A stretch of 64,000 nt of DNA from NCBI GenBank assembly GCA_963764165.1, contig CAVXRD010000001.1, forward strand, positions 1,216,001 through 1,280,000, read 5' to 3'. The DNA comes from an uncultured Verrucomicrobiae bacterium (GTDB lineage Bacteria; Verrucomicrobiota; Verrucomicrobiia; Limisphaerales; Palsa-1400). This document shows, one piece after another, positions 52,908 through 62,440 of the stretch. The position numbers and the translations under genes were made by a program. The notes beneath the pieces are model-generated. The model was not told where the DNA came from. It did no database searches and saw nothing but the letters and a program-made list of their open reading frames with translations. Positions within the stretch are counted from its first letter, which is position 1, and each line of letters opens with the position of its first letter.

Positions 52908-53165
52908 TTATTTCTTTGCCGCCTGGTTTCGGGCAGCTTCGAATTCACGCTGCCGCTTTATGACGGCGATGGCCTGCTCGCGGCGCAAACCGCGCGCCAT
53001 TTTTTCGCCGATGATGACCTCGTCGGCCTCGGCTTGTTTCTTGACAGCCTCAAACTGCGCGATGCGGGCTTTGAGGATGGCGTTCTCGGCCGCCAGATCG
53101 CCGGCGGCGGGCGGCGGCGTGGCTGCCGCGGTGGATGGTGCTGATGATGGAGTTTCTTTTGGCAT
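52908..53165 (-). CDS. Small coiled-coil hypothetical protein
   Basis: 85 aa ORF filling the gap between protease and decoration genes. Confidence 0.65.
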   Translation of the reverse strand: MPKETPSSAPSTAAATPPPAAGDLAAENAILKARIAQFEAVKKQAEADEVIIGEKMARGLRREQAIAVIKRQREFEAARNQAAKK

Positions 53166-53181
53166 AGGTGGATCGGTTGAA

Positions 53182-54381
53182 TTAACGGGCCCGCAATTTT
53201 TCGGCGAGGCCGGGGTTGCTGCTCATTACGGCGTGGTGCGCCTTGACGGGATCGGTCTCGCCGCTTTCCTTCATGTGGCGCTCGACGGAGGCGCAATACT
53301 CTTCGCGCACGTCGCCGCTGGCGCGGTGGTTGGAGAGAATTTTTCCACTTTCGGCGCACGCCGTCGTTTTGAAGCGGGCGGGAGCGTCCAGCAAGCTGGC
53401 TGATTCGCGCTCGAAATCGGCTGCGTTTTCCAGCGCCTGAAGACGTGTGGAGCGTTCGGACACGGCCACTTTGCCGCGAGCAATCGCCAAGTCGACGACT
53501 CCGGCGGCACGCTGCGATTTCACCTGCGCGATTTGCGTTTTCAAGCCGTTCGCCTCGTTTTCAAGCGCGGCGGCAGCGGACTTCAAATTCGCGACTTGCG
53601 ATTTGAGATCCTCGTTTTCGCCGGACAGGGTTGCATTCTCGTTGCCCAGCGCCGCGGCCTCGCCGGCGGCGGAGGCGTGGAGCTTTTGCAGGGCTGCGAG
53701 AACCTCGGGTTCGGCCGGGCTGTCGGGATGGGCGAGAGTCGCGCCATTGGCCAGCAGCCAGCCTGCGATGAGTTTCATTTCGGGTTCTTTTGTTGGGATG
53801 TTTTCTTCGGTTGCACCGGCGGGTCTGGCGTTGGCCAGCGATTCCACGCCGGAAATGTTGGGATGGGCCGTCAGGCCCGCGGACAAAAGCTTGAAGGGCC
53901 GGGCCAGAATGGCGTTGCCGCGCCGCCCCATCGGCTGGACATACCAAAGCGCGCTGGGATATTTGCATCCGTCGCGCTCAACGGCTTCGGCGCCGGCAGG
54001 CGTCAAGACGAAATGCGCCTCCAGCCCGCGCTCGGATTTGCGCACCTTGTCGATGGCGCCGATGATTTCCTTCTTCCCTGCGCGCTCCGTCGAATTGGGC
54101 GAGAAGTCCGCCAGATCAGGATGGCCTTTGTAGACCGGAATGCCGATCACGGCGCGGCGAATGCGGCGGAAGAGAGAATTCTCGCGGGAAAGAAGCTGGT
54201 CGGCCGATTCGTGGTCGAGAACCTGGATGAAGTGCTCGCGCTCGATTCGCCCATCTTTTCGGACGAGGCGCGACTTGGGATGCTCGCCAAAGGGCGCAAT
54301 CAGCGCCCAGCCTTCGTCGTCAAGTGAGTATTCATTTGACAGAATGGTCATGTGTTGGGTCATGGGTAAATTCGGGTTCAT
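53182..54381 (-). CDS. Mu-like prohead protease/scaffold (protein I)
   Basis: WALIAPFGEHP, PVYKGHPD, GLEAHFVLTPAG, YPSALW, LLSAGLTAHPNI, then coiled-coil scaffold and VDLAIARGKV. Confidence 0.85.
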   Translation of the reverse strand: MNPNLPMTQHMTILSNEYSLDDEGWALIAPFGEHPKSRLVRKDGRIEREHFIQVLDHESADQLLSRENSLFRRIRRAVIGIPVYKGHPDLADFSPNSTERAGKKEIIGAIDKVRKSERGLEAHFVLTPAGAEAVERDGCKYPSALWYVQPMGRRGNAILARPFKLLSAGLTAHPNISGVESLANARPAGATEENIPTKEPEMKLIAGWLLANGATLAHPDSPAEPEVLAALQKLHASAAGEAAALGNENATLSGENEDLKSQVANLKSAAAALENEANGLKTQIAQVKSQRAAGVVDLAIARGKVAVSERSTRLQALENAADFERESASLLDAPARFKTTACAESGKILSNHRASGDVREEYCASVERHMKESGETDPVKAHHAVMSSNPGLAEKLRAR

Positions 54382-54389
54382 TGCTTTGG

Positions 54390-55835
54390 TTAGGCGGCTT
54401 GGTTTGGAATCGAGTAACCGAGCGCCGGCTCAGTCGCATGCGAACTGTAGAAGCCCGCTTCGTCCACCTGCGGATCCGGCATGTCCGGATTGGCGGTCTG
54501 CGGCTCGCGCCGGGCGTCTGCGCCGGGCGCGATAGGCGTCGCGCTGGAAGAAGCGGCCGGGAGCGAGTGCGTTTCGCGGGGATGGCCGGTTGTATCGCCC
54601 TCCTCCCGGCCGTGGGGTCGGGGGTTGCGGGGAAATTCGAGGCACGGCTCGCCGGGCGCTGGCGGCGTCCAGCGGAAGCGCTTGTAAGCTTCCTTCAAGC
54701 TGATGCGAAGGCCCATCGGCACCAGCGCCTGGGCGCACTGCAAATCCATCGCCGCCGAATCGTCCTGCGGCGCGACCACCGCCATCCAGGCCCGCGGCTC
54801 TCTGTCAAATAGGTAACGGATTACGGGACGGTCAACGCGGTCGTTCAAAATTTCTGAGGCCCAGGCGGCGTCGCGGGCGAGGAAAATTCCGGATTCCTCT
54901 TTTTGCACGCTCGCGCCAACGACGTTTCGCCCGGATTCGCGGCTGCCAGTGGCAAGATCGACGCCGCGATAACATTTGGCGTAAAGGCGATTGACCAGTT
55001 CCACCAGAGGCGCGAACGGGAGGGTGGCGGCGGCGGGAATGCTCGAAAATTTAATGTTTAGGTCAGGGTTGTGAATGACTTGTCCATCGTTGGCCAATTC
55101 ATTCAACACCTGGCGGGCTTCCTCCCACGCAGGATCGCCCTTTTGCGCGCTCGTGACGGCCTCGACAAAACCAGAGCCGTAGCGGGCGTTGAACAACAGC
55201 CAGTCGCGCAGGGAAAGCGACTTCAAGACAAACGCCATGCTGAGCGAGCGCATCAGCCCCTGCCCGACCGCCGTCAGCCATTCCCCTTGCAGGCAAGGCT
55301 CGCCGTAGACGTCAAATATATGTTTGAGATAGCCAAGATAGCCGCGGCGGCTCTCGAAGAACCAAATGGGCGTGTGGCGGAATTCGGCGGTCACCTCGCG
55401 CGCGGCGGGATTATCCACCCGCAGCAGCATTTCGTGGACGCTATAATAATGCGAGTGCGCGGTGGCGAGCTGGTAGAGCAGTTCGCTCACGCCGCCCGAG
55501 GAATCCTGGTCCAGCGCCCGGGTGGTGCGCAGATGGCGGTAGAAATACTCGAGGGCCTGGGCGTGGCGGTCCCCTTCCGGGCTGCCGTCGGAAACGATCT
55601 GCCAATCAAGCCCGGCGAGGTCGGAGGCGCGCTTGTCGGCATTGGCCGAAAGCTCGCCGTCCCGTTCAATCATGGTTTCCCATATTTTGCCGACAACGCG
55701 CAATTCGCCGATGCGGAAGGCGTTGAGGTTGGAGGAAATCCAGTCCATCGAAATGTTCGGCATCGGCGAGTAGCGGAGCCGGATGGCCCATTCGATGCGG
55801 GCCTGGTCAAATTGAGATGCGCCACTGAGGTTCAT
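54390..55835 (-). CDS. Mu gp29/DUF935-like portal protein
   Basis: WETMIERDGEL.A...KR...LAGLDWQI, YSVHEM, LRDWLLFNARYG, LARDAAWASEILN, ALVPMGLRI. Confidence 0.85.
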   Translation of the reverse strand: MNLSGASQFDQARIEWAIRLRYSPMPNISMDWISSNLNAFRIGELRVVGKIWETMIERDGELSANADKRASDLAGLDWQIVSDGSPEGDRHAQALEYFYRHLRTTRALDQDSSGGVSELLYQLATAHSHYYSVHEMLLRVDNPAAREVTAEFRHTPIWFFESRRGYLGYLKHIFDVYGEPCLQGEWLTAVGQGLMRSLSMAFVLKSLSLRDWLLFNARYGSGFVEAVTSAQKGDPAWEEARQVLNELANDGQVIHNPDLNIKFSSIPAAATLPFAPLVELVNRLYAKCYRGVDLATGSRESGRNVVGASVQKEESGIFLARDAAWASEILNDRVDRPVIRYLFDREPRAWMAVVAPQDDSAAMDLQCAQALVPMGLRISLKEAYKRFRWTPPAPGEPCLEFPRNPRPHGREEGDTTGHPRETHSLPAASSSATPIAPGADARREPQTANPDMPDPQVDEAGFYSSHATEPALGYSIPNQAA

Positions 55836-55936
55836 AGTGTGTTCGGGTAGCGGTTGGATGAGCCCAGCGCGGGGATTCGGGCCGCCTGCAGTTCGTTCTG
55901 CCGGCCGCGCGTTTCGCGTTGAGCTTTATGTTTCAT
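55832..55936 (-). CDS. 34-aa leader ORF coupled to portal gene
   Basis: MKHKAQRETRGRQNELQAARIPALGSSNRYPNTL; stop overlaps portal start (ATGA). Confidence 0.4.
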   Translation of the reverse strand: MKHKAQRETRGRQNELQAARIPALGSSNRYPNTL

Positions 55937-55954
55937 GCTCGTCATTACGCAACG

Positions 55955-56013
55955 AGTGAAACATGCATTTATTGAAACAGAAAACCTACCAGAGGTTTTT
56001 TAGCACGATTTTT
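55955..56013 (-). promoter_or_regulatory. Conserved dyad motif AAAACCT-CTGGT-AGGTTTT (copy 3), heading the phage-like cluster
   Basis: Plus strand acagaaaacctaccagaggttttttagcacgattttt is the reverse complement of copy 1. Confidence 0.8.
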
Positions 56014-56274
56014 GCAAAAAAAATGCACTTTTTTGCCCCTAAGTCCCATTTCTTGATGCAAGCGCACTTAAAAAAGGGGACAGAAAATGAAAAAGCGGGG
56101 GGGGTTGGCTTTTTTGCGGCGGTTTTTCGCAAAAAGAATGATTTTCTGCCGATTCTTAAGTGCGGCGATGGGAAGAATGGGAATGATGTGACTAATGGGA
56201 TATATGGGACAATACCAATTCAGGGACGCGCGAAACGGGCCTCGGCCTCTTTTCCTGAGTTCGGGCGTTCCTGA

Positions 56275-58503
56275 TTAAAACCTCTTCTTCGGCGCGAAGC
56301 GCCGCAAGCGCAGTGCGTTTCCCAGCACTATCAAATCGGAGAAGCCCATCGCCGCGGCGCACAGAATTGGGCTGAGAAATCCCAAGGCAGCCAGCGGGAT
56401 GGCGGCGGCGTTGTAGAAAAAGGCCCAGAATAAATTTTGCCGGATTGTTGACAGCGTGGCGCGGGCCTGCCGCAAGGCTTCCGGCACGGCTTCGATTCCG
56501 GAATTTAATAGCACCATGTCGGCTGCTTCGCCCGCAATGTCGCTGGCGCGGCCAACTGCGATGCCAAGGTCGGCCTGCTCCAGCGCGGGAGCGTCGTTGA
56601 TGCCATCGCCGACGAAAGCGACTTTCTCGCCTTGCGACTGGAGCTTGCGCACGAGTTCCGCTTTGTCGGCGGGTTTTATTTCCGAGTAAACCCGATCTGC
56701 GGCAATGCCGGCTTGCTTCGCGATGGTGGCGGCGGCGCGCAGGTTGTCTCCCGTCACCATGAAAACGCGCAACCCGCTGTTTTCCAACTCGCGCACTGCA
56801 GCGGCGGAGGCTGGCTTCACGGTGTCTTTTAACGCCAGCAGCGCGAGCAATTCTCGATCCCGCGACAAGCCTAGAATAGTCGCTCCTTGCTCGCTCCAGC
56901 TTGCGATGAATTCGGAATTTTCGGGAATTGGAATCCCGCATTGCCGAAGCCACGCCATTGAGCCAAGCCGCGCCAAGCTGGAAGCGGACACCTTCGCCTC
57001 GACGCCTGAGCCAATGACTTCGCGCCAATCAGAAAGCTCAATTGCGTCAAAATCCAATTTAGCGACAGCGCGGCTGAACGGATGTCGCGATCCGCGAGCG
57101 AGCGCGGCGGCCAGCGGCAGTTTGGCGCCTTCCGTGGCGGCCACCGCCGGTTCTCCTTGCGTGAGAGTTCCGGTTTTATCGGCGAGGAGGACGGTTATTT
57201 TGCCCGCTTTCTCCAGCGCAATTCCGTCGCGAATCAAAATGCCGTGCCGGGCGGCGACGTGCGCTGCAACCATCAACGCCGCTGGCGTGGCCAATCCCAT
57301 CGCGCATGGACACGCGACAATGAGCACGGCAACCGCGTTTAGAATCGCGGCGGCAAGCGGTGAGCCGTGGATGTGCGGCTGCCAAAGAAAATGACTCATC
57401 CACTCGCCGAGGGCGCGGGCGCGTTCAGGCGCAAGACCCCACCAAAGTCCCGTCGCAATTGCAACTGAGACGACAATGGGAACGAAAACGCTGCTGACTA
57501 TGTCGGCCAGCCGTTGAATGTCAGCGCGGCTGTTTTGCGCGCGCTCAACAGCGGCTACAATTCGCGCCACCGCCGTTTCCTCGCCGACGGCCGTGACCTC
57601 GGCATAGGCATGGCCGTTGACGTTGAGCGTTCCGGCGTATATTTGACTGCCAACATCCTTTTCAACTGGCACCGATTCACCCGTCAGCATCGCTTCGTCG
57701 ACGCTGCATTGCCCGCGCAGCAAGCGTCCGTCGAGAGGGATCCGGTCGCCGGGGCGCAGGACAATTTGATCGCCGGGGCGCAATTCAGAAACGGGCGCAT
57801 CGGTTTCACTGCCGTCCGCCCGGGCGCGCCGCGCGGTGGCGGGAGCGAGCGCGAACAGCGAGCGCATGGATTTTTCCGCGCGGCCGCTGGCGCTGGCCTC
57901 GAACCAATGGCCGATGCTGATGAGCGTGATGATCGACGCCGCTTCCATGAAGCAGAGACGCCCCCTCGCGCCCGCGAATAGCTCGTAAACGCCAAAACCG
58001 AATGCGGCAGTGGAACCCAGCGCCACCAGCGTATCCATGTTCGAGCGCCCCGCTTTGATCTGCTGCCACGCGCCTTTGTAAAATCTTGCGCCGCCGAAAA
58101 TTTGCAGCGGCAGCGTGAGAACAAATCCAGCCCAATGAAACCAGCGTTTATCGCCGAGATGAAAAATCCATTCGCCAACCATTAACGGGATTGTCACGCA
58201 AAGACCGCCGATAACGTTGACGCGCCATCCATCGAGAGAAGATTTATTTCCCGGCTTCGTTTCGGGCGAAACAGCTTTGGCCTCGAAGCCGGCGGCTTGA
58301 ACTGCGCTTGACAGGGCGGAAATATCGGGAGTCATGTCGGCGCGCCAATGCACCCGCGCCCGGCCGTCCTGCAAGGACACGCTGGCGCTGGCGACGCCAG
58401 CCACACTTTGCAGGGCGTCGGTGGCATTTCGGGCGCAATTGGAGCAGGTCATTCCGGCAATGAGCAACTCGCTGCGAGGCCCGGCTTGAATGGCGGATGC
58501 CAT
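56275..58503 (-). CDS. copA: Heavy-metal (Cu+) P1B-type ATPase
   Basis: GMTCSNC, TGES, CPCAMGLATP, DKTGTLT, GDGINDAP, WAFFYN. Confidence 0.9.
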   Translation of the reverse strand: MASAIQAGPRSELLIAGMTCSNCARNATDALQSVAGVASASVSLQDGRARVHWRADMTPDISALSSAVQAAGFEAKAVSPETKPGNKSSLDGWRVNVIGGLCVTIPLMVGEWIFHLGDKRWFHWAGFVLTLPLQIFGGARFYKGAWQQIKAGRSNMDTLVALGSTAAFGFGVYELFAGARGRLCFMEAASIITLISIGHWFEASASGRAEKSMRSLFALAPATARRARADGSETDAPVSELRPGDQIVLRPGDRIPLDGRLLRGQCSVDEAMLTGESVPVEKDVGSQIYAGTLNVNGHAYAEVTAVGEETAVARIVAAVERAQNSRADIQRLADIVSSVFVPIVVSVAIATGLWWGLAPERARALGEWMSHFLWQPHIHGSPLAAAILNAVAVLIVACPCAMGLATPAALMVAAHVAARHGILIRDGIALEKAGKITVLLADKTGTLTQGEPAVAATEGAKLPLAAALARGSRHPFSRAVAKLDFDAIELSDWREVIGSGVEAKVSASSLARLGSMAWLRQCGIPIPENSEFIASWSEQGATILGLSRDRELLALLALKDTVKPASAAAVRELENSGLRVFMVTGDNLRAAATIAKQAGIAADRVYSEIKPADKAELVRKLQSQGEKVAFVGDGINDAPALEQADLGIAVGRASDIAGEAADMVLLNSGIEAVPEALRQARATLSTIRQNLFWAFFYNAAAIPLAALGFLSPILCAAAMGFSDLIVLGNALRLRRFAPKKRF

Positions 58504-58527
58504 GGGCACACAATAGGGCGAATTGGC

Positions 58528-59256
58528 GTGAGCAACAAGTATTACAAAACCGGCGACGAGCGCGCCGCGCTGGTCGCAGATCTGTTCGCGGTGATTGCGC
58601 GGCGCTACGATCTCATCAACGACTTGCAAAGCCTTGGCCTGCACCGCCATTGGAAAAAACGCGTCGCGAAACTAGCGGGCCTCAAGCCGGGAGACAAAGC
58701 GCTCGATGTCTGCTGCGGCACGGGAGACATTTCGTTTGCGTTGCGCCGGGAAGGTGCGGCGGTCATCGGCCTGGATTTCAGCGAAGGAATGCTCGAGGTC
58801 GCCCGAGAGCGCGAAAAAAATTGGGCCAATTCGTCCAATGGAACCCATATCGCCTTTCAGCAAGGCGACGCCATGGAGCTTCCGTTTGAACCGGGCAAGT
58901 TCGATGCCGTGACGGTGGGCTATGGATTGCGAAATTTGGAAAGCTGGGAGCGCGGCGTGGAGGAAATGGTGCGCGTGGCGCGCTCGGGAGGACGCATATT
59001 AATATTGGACTTCGGCAAGCCCGACAACGCGCTTTGGCGGGCGATGTTTTACTTTTATTTGCGCACAGTCGTGCCGTTATTGGGAAAATTACTTTGCCGT
59101 GATGCGGCGGCGCTGGCGTATATATACGAATCCCTGCTGGCTTACCCTGCTCAGCGCGGCGTCGCCGAAAAACTGTCGAGGCTGGGTTGCCGCGAAGTGA
59201 AAATCAGGAACGCCATGGGCGGCGCCATGAGCATTCATTCGGGAATTAAAAGTTGA
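58528..59256 (+). CDS. UbiE/MenG-family methyltransferase
   Basis: F.VIARRYDLINDLQSLGLHRHWK, LDVCCGTGD, VTVGYGLRN, Y.YESL; GTG start inferred. Confidence 0.9.
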   Translation: MSNKYYKTGDERAALVADLFAVIARRYDLINDLQSLGLHRHWKKRVAKLAGLKPGDKALDVCCGTGDISFALRREGAAVIGLDFSEGMLEVAREREKNWANSSNGTHIAFQQGDAMELPFEPGKFDAVTVGYGLRNLESWERGVEEMVRVARSGGRILILDFGKPDNALWRAMFYFYLRTVVPLLGKLLCRDAAALAYIYESLLAYPAQRGVAEKLSRLGCREVKIRNAMGGAMSIHSGIKS

Positions 59257-59361
59257 TCCGGGCAGGGCGAGACTCCGTCGGGCCCTGGTCGGATATTCTG
59301 GCTTGAATTTAGTCAGGGCTCGACCGAGTCTCGCCCTACCAGAATTTGGGACGGCGGCAAA

Positions 59362-59520
59362 TTACTTCCGTTTCTGTTCCTTTATTGGTTCGTCGAAATC
59401 GTATTCAGGCTCGGCGGCGAGTTCCTGGCGCAACCAGACCGCGAGCGCGACTCCAAAACAGATCAAAAGCCCAACGGGCACGCAGAGCTCACCCCAGTAG
59501 TTGAAATTCACATCTTCCAT
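59362..59520 (-). CDS. Small single-pass membrane protein
   Basis: MEDVNFNYWGELCVPVGLLICFGVALAVWLRQE..., 52 aa. Confidence 0.55.
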   Translation of the reverse strand: MEDVNFNYWGELCVPVGLLICFGVALAVWLRQELAAEPEYDFDEPIKEQKRK

Positions 59521-59844
59521 ACGGGCGCGGAGGATGAACGGGGCAAAAGAAAATTGCAAATAATAACTTGCGCCCCTTGCAAAATGTCTGCATTGTGTAC
59601 CGCACTCAGGAGCGCAGGGTAATTTTCTCTGTGATGCTTCATGCTCCACGAGCACAAGCCCAGCGCCCTATGAAAACTCGGACAATCGATTGAATTGGAA
59701 CAAATCATACGTGTGGTGGAATAAAGCCCCATCGGCACTGGATCGCCAAAAAAACTCCCTGACGGGTTTTCTGTCGGGAGGAACGATTGCCTCAACTCTC
59801 TGCACGACTTGTTCTCATTTTGAAACCCTAAACTCCATTACACC

Positions 59845-60453
59845 TTGATTTCGAACTTTTTCATCTGGATGGCTATCGGCTCAATTGCCGCCATCGTCTA
59901 CGCCTCACTTTTTGAGTGGATCCTGCATCGTTATATCATGCACCGCCCGCTCGGTTCGTTCACCTACCCGTTTGAAAAGCATGCGCTGGTTCACCACCGC
60001 ATCTTTAAATCCGACCACAGCTATCACTTGGTCCACGAAAAGGACAAAATGACCATCCCGATGGCGTGGTGGAATGGGCCTGCCTTGGTCGCTGCCTGTT
60101 CGGTCCCCTTCCTCATCGTTTCTCTGCTGACAGGCCATTGGGGTTTGATCGCTGGCGGAGCGCTGACGTGCGGGGCGTATTATGGCGTTTACGAATACAT
60201 CCATTGGTGCATGCACCTGCCGCGGAAGCGCGTGGTCGAACGTTCGGGAATTTTCTTCCGCCTCAACGGACATCATTTGCTTCACCACCGCTATATGAAT
60301 CGCAATTTCAATGTCGTCCTGCCCCTGGCGGATTTGTGCCTCGGAACATTGATGCTGCGTTCCAAAGTGAGTTTCAAGCAAGCCACCGGACCTTCGGTTC
60401 CCAATGTGCAGCCAAAGACACCGGCGCCGGCGCCCGCTTGCGCCGTCGACTGA
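59845..60453 (+). CDS. Fatty acid hydroxylase/sterol desaturase family protein
   Basis: His boxes EWILHRYIMH, HALVHH, YEYIHWCMH, HHLLHH. Confidence 0.85.
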   Translation: MISNFFIWMAIGSIAAIVYASLFEWILHRYIMHRPLGSFTYPFEKHALVHHRIFKSDHSYHLVHEKDKMTIPMAWWNGPALVAACSVPFLIVSLLTGHWGLIAGGALTCGAYYGVYEYIHWCMHLPRKRVVERSGIFFRLNGHHLLHHRYMNRNFNVVLPLADLCLGTLMLRSKVSFKQATGPSVPNVQPKTPAPAPACAVD

Positions 60454-60498
60454 TTTCCGGTTCCTCGCCGGTTAGTTTCCAAGGCAGGGCCGCCTCGC

Positions 60499-60795
60499 GA
60501 AAACTGTCTCAAAACTGCTGTTTTTTTGAGAAATGTATTTGACAGCTACGTGAATTTTTTTCACAATGTGGCTCAACCTATTGCCCTGAGTCCGGACGGC
60601 ATTTCCTCTTTCCTCCCGCTGTGGAGGACTGCGTGTCCGCCAACCATCCCGCCGGCTTCCTGCGCGAATTTGTCGACCAGTTGAATCTGCTGCGGCCTGG
60701 ATTCGTCATTCCCGCTTCCGAAGGCCGCCCTCCTGATGCCCCAGCCTCCTGCTCAAGATTTGGCTCTGCGGTTACTTCCATCGCATTCGCAATTA
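60499..60795 (+). pseudogene. Truncated, degenerate IS1182 (left end and transposase 5' fragment)
   Basis: gaaaactgtctcaaaac end; frameshifted homology to the 24828-26288 transposase (PPAVED.VSANHPAGFLREFVDQL...GRPP...LLKIWL.GYFHRIR); REP-like flanks. Confidence 0.85.
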
Positions 60796-61105
60796 CCCCG
60801 CGCGCCCGGGCGCCTCTTCGCCGAGGCGGGCAACTCCTTGAGAGATCGTCAAAATTTAATTTGCGCCCTTCCAGCCGGGTGCAGGACAAAATTCTTCCGG
60901 AACAGAGCAACAGCGGCATTCCCGTCGCTAAATCAGCCCCGCAGAGGCGAGACCCCTCTGCCACCACAGCGGCAGGAAGAACTTTATCCTGACCCCCTTT
61001 GCAGCCTCGCCTGCCCTTTCCCGTTGACAGGGGGGCGGAATTGGCCAAAGCTCGTGCTTCACTGCGCAATGTCGCGCGGTTTGAAAATTTCACGGAGAAC
61101 TCCAC

Positions 61106-62209
61106 GTGCTTAAAGCAGGAATTGTCGGTTTGCCCAATGTTGGCAAAAGCACCCTTTTTAACGCCCTCACCCGGACGCGAAAGGCGCAGGCTGCCAATTA
61201 TCCGTTCTGCACCATTGACCCAAATGTCGGTATCGTTACCGTCCCAGACGCCCGGCTTGCTCGGTTGGCGACCATCGCGAAGACAGAAGTCATCATCCCG
61301 GCTGCGATCGAGTTTGTCGACATCGCGGGACTGGTGAAAGGGGCATCGCAAGGCGAGGGGCTCGGCAACAAGTTCCTCAGCCATATCCGCGAAGTCGACG
61401 CCATCGTCCAAGTGGTACGGTGCTTTGAGGATCTGGATATCCACCACGTTGCAGGCAACATCGATCCGATTAGGGATATAGATACTATATTTACCGAATT
61501 GCTTCTTTGCGACCTGGACTCCGTGCGGAAACGACTGGAAAAAAGCGCCAAGGAAGTTAAACGGGGCGAAAAGGTCGCAGTGGCCGAAGCCGAAGTGCTC
61601 AAGAAATTCGAGGCGCACCTCAACTCGGGCAAGCTCGGCGTGACGCTTCACCTCACGCCCGAAGAAAAGACAATCGCAAAGTCGTTCTTTCTGCTCACGG
61701 ATAAGCCCACCATTTTCGCCGCTAACGTTAAAGAAAGTGATTTGGCGGGAGCGGACGCCAATCCATATGTAATTAAAGTTCGAGATTACGCCAAAGCTCA
61801 CCACTCGTGTGAAACAGTCGTGATTTCAGCCCAAATCGAAAGCGATTTGGTAGATTTGTCGCCGGAGGAAGCGGCGGCGTTCCTAAAAGAACTCGGCGTG
61901 GACGAGTCGGGCGTGGGAGCTCTGATCCGCAGCACGTACCATATACTGGGGCTTCGGACATACTTTACCGCTGGTGAGAAGGAAGTCCGCGCTTGGACGA
62001 TTCATGCAGGGGATACGGCACCGAAAGCGGCGGGCGTCATCCATAGCGATTTCGAACGCGGTTTCATTAAGGCGGAAACAGTTGCGTACGATGATTTGGT
62101 ACAATGTGGTTCCACCGCTGTTGCGCGGGAGCGTGGACTATATCGAATGGAAGGCAAAGAATACAAAGTGGCGGACGGAGACGTGATGGTGTTTAAATTT
62201 AACGCTTAA
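61106..62209 (+). CDS. ychF: Redox-regulated ATPase YchF
   Basis: GIVGLPNVGKSTLFNALT, ANYPFCTIDPN, GEGLGNKFL, GKEYKVADGD. Confidence 0.97.
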   Translation: MLKAGIVGLPNVGKSTLFNALTRTRKAQAANYPFCTIDPNVGIVTVPDARLARLATIAKTEVIIPAAIEFVDIAGLVKGASQGEGLGNKFLSHIREVDAIVQVVRCFEDLDIHHVAGNIDPIRDIDTIFTELLLCDLDSVRKRLEKSAKEVKRGEKVAVAEAEVLKKFEAHLNSGKLGVTLHLTPEEKTIAKSFFLLTDKPTIFAANVKESDLAGADANPYVIKVRDYAKAHHSCETVVISAQIESDLVDLSPEEAAAFLKELGVDESGVGALIRSTYHILGLRTYFTAGEKEVRAWTIHAGDTAPKAAGVIHSDFERGFIKAETVAYDDLVQCGSTAVARERGLYRMEGKEYKVADGDVMVFKFNA

Positions 62210-62440
62210 TGCGCGGAATAAACGCAGAAATCGCGTGTTTTTGTCACGCGAAATGCGTGAAAAATTCACGCAACCTGGGGAAAATAGGCAAAAACAGCCC
62301 AAATCCGGGACGGCACGGCAGGAACTTCCAATTTGCGGATATATGGCACTGACTATGCTTAAATCTGGAACCAATCGAGTAAACACGGATAAAAACGAGT
62401 CCAGTGCGCGCTCCAATGCCAAACTAACAAACAGATATAT

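Larger units (their letters stand above)
41311..55936 (-). mobile_element. Mu-like phage-derived head-tail gene cluster (GTA-like element or defective prophage)
   Basis: About 16 co-oriented, tightly packed ORFs in portal-protease-decoration-capsid-adaptor-tail order, flanked by host genes; no integrase, transposase, large terminase or lysis gene recognised. Confidence 0.85.

Noticed and set aside
41311..55936. Contractile injection system or tailocin
   Set aside because: No sheath or baseplate J-like gene recognised, and portal, protease and capsid genes are present.
41311..55936. Complete inducible prophage
   Set aside because: No transposase, integrase, replication, large terminase or lysis genes and no att or Mu-end repeats seen at the boundaries.
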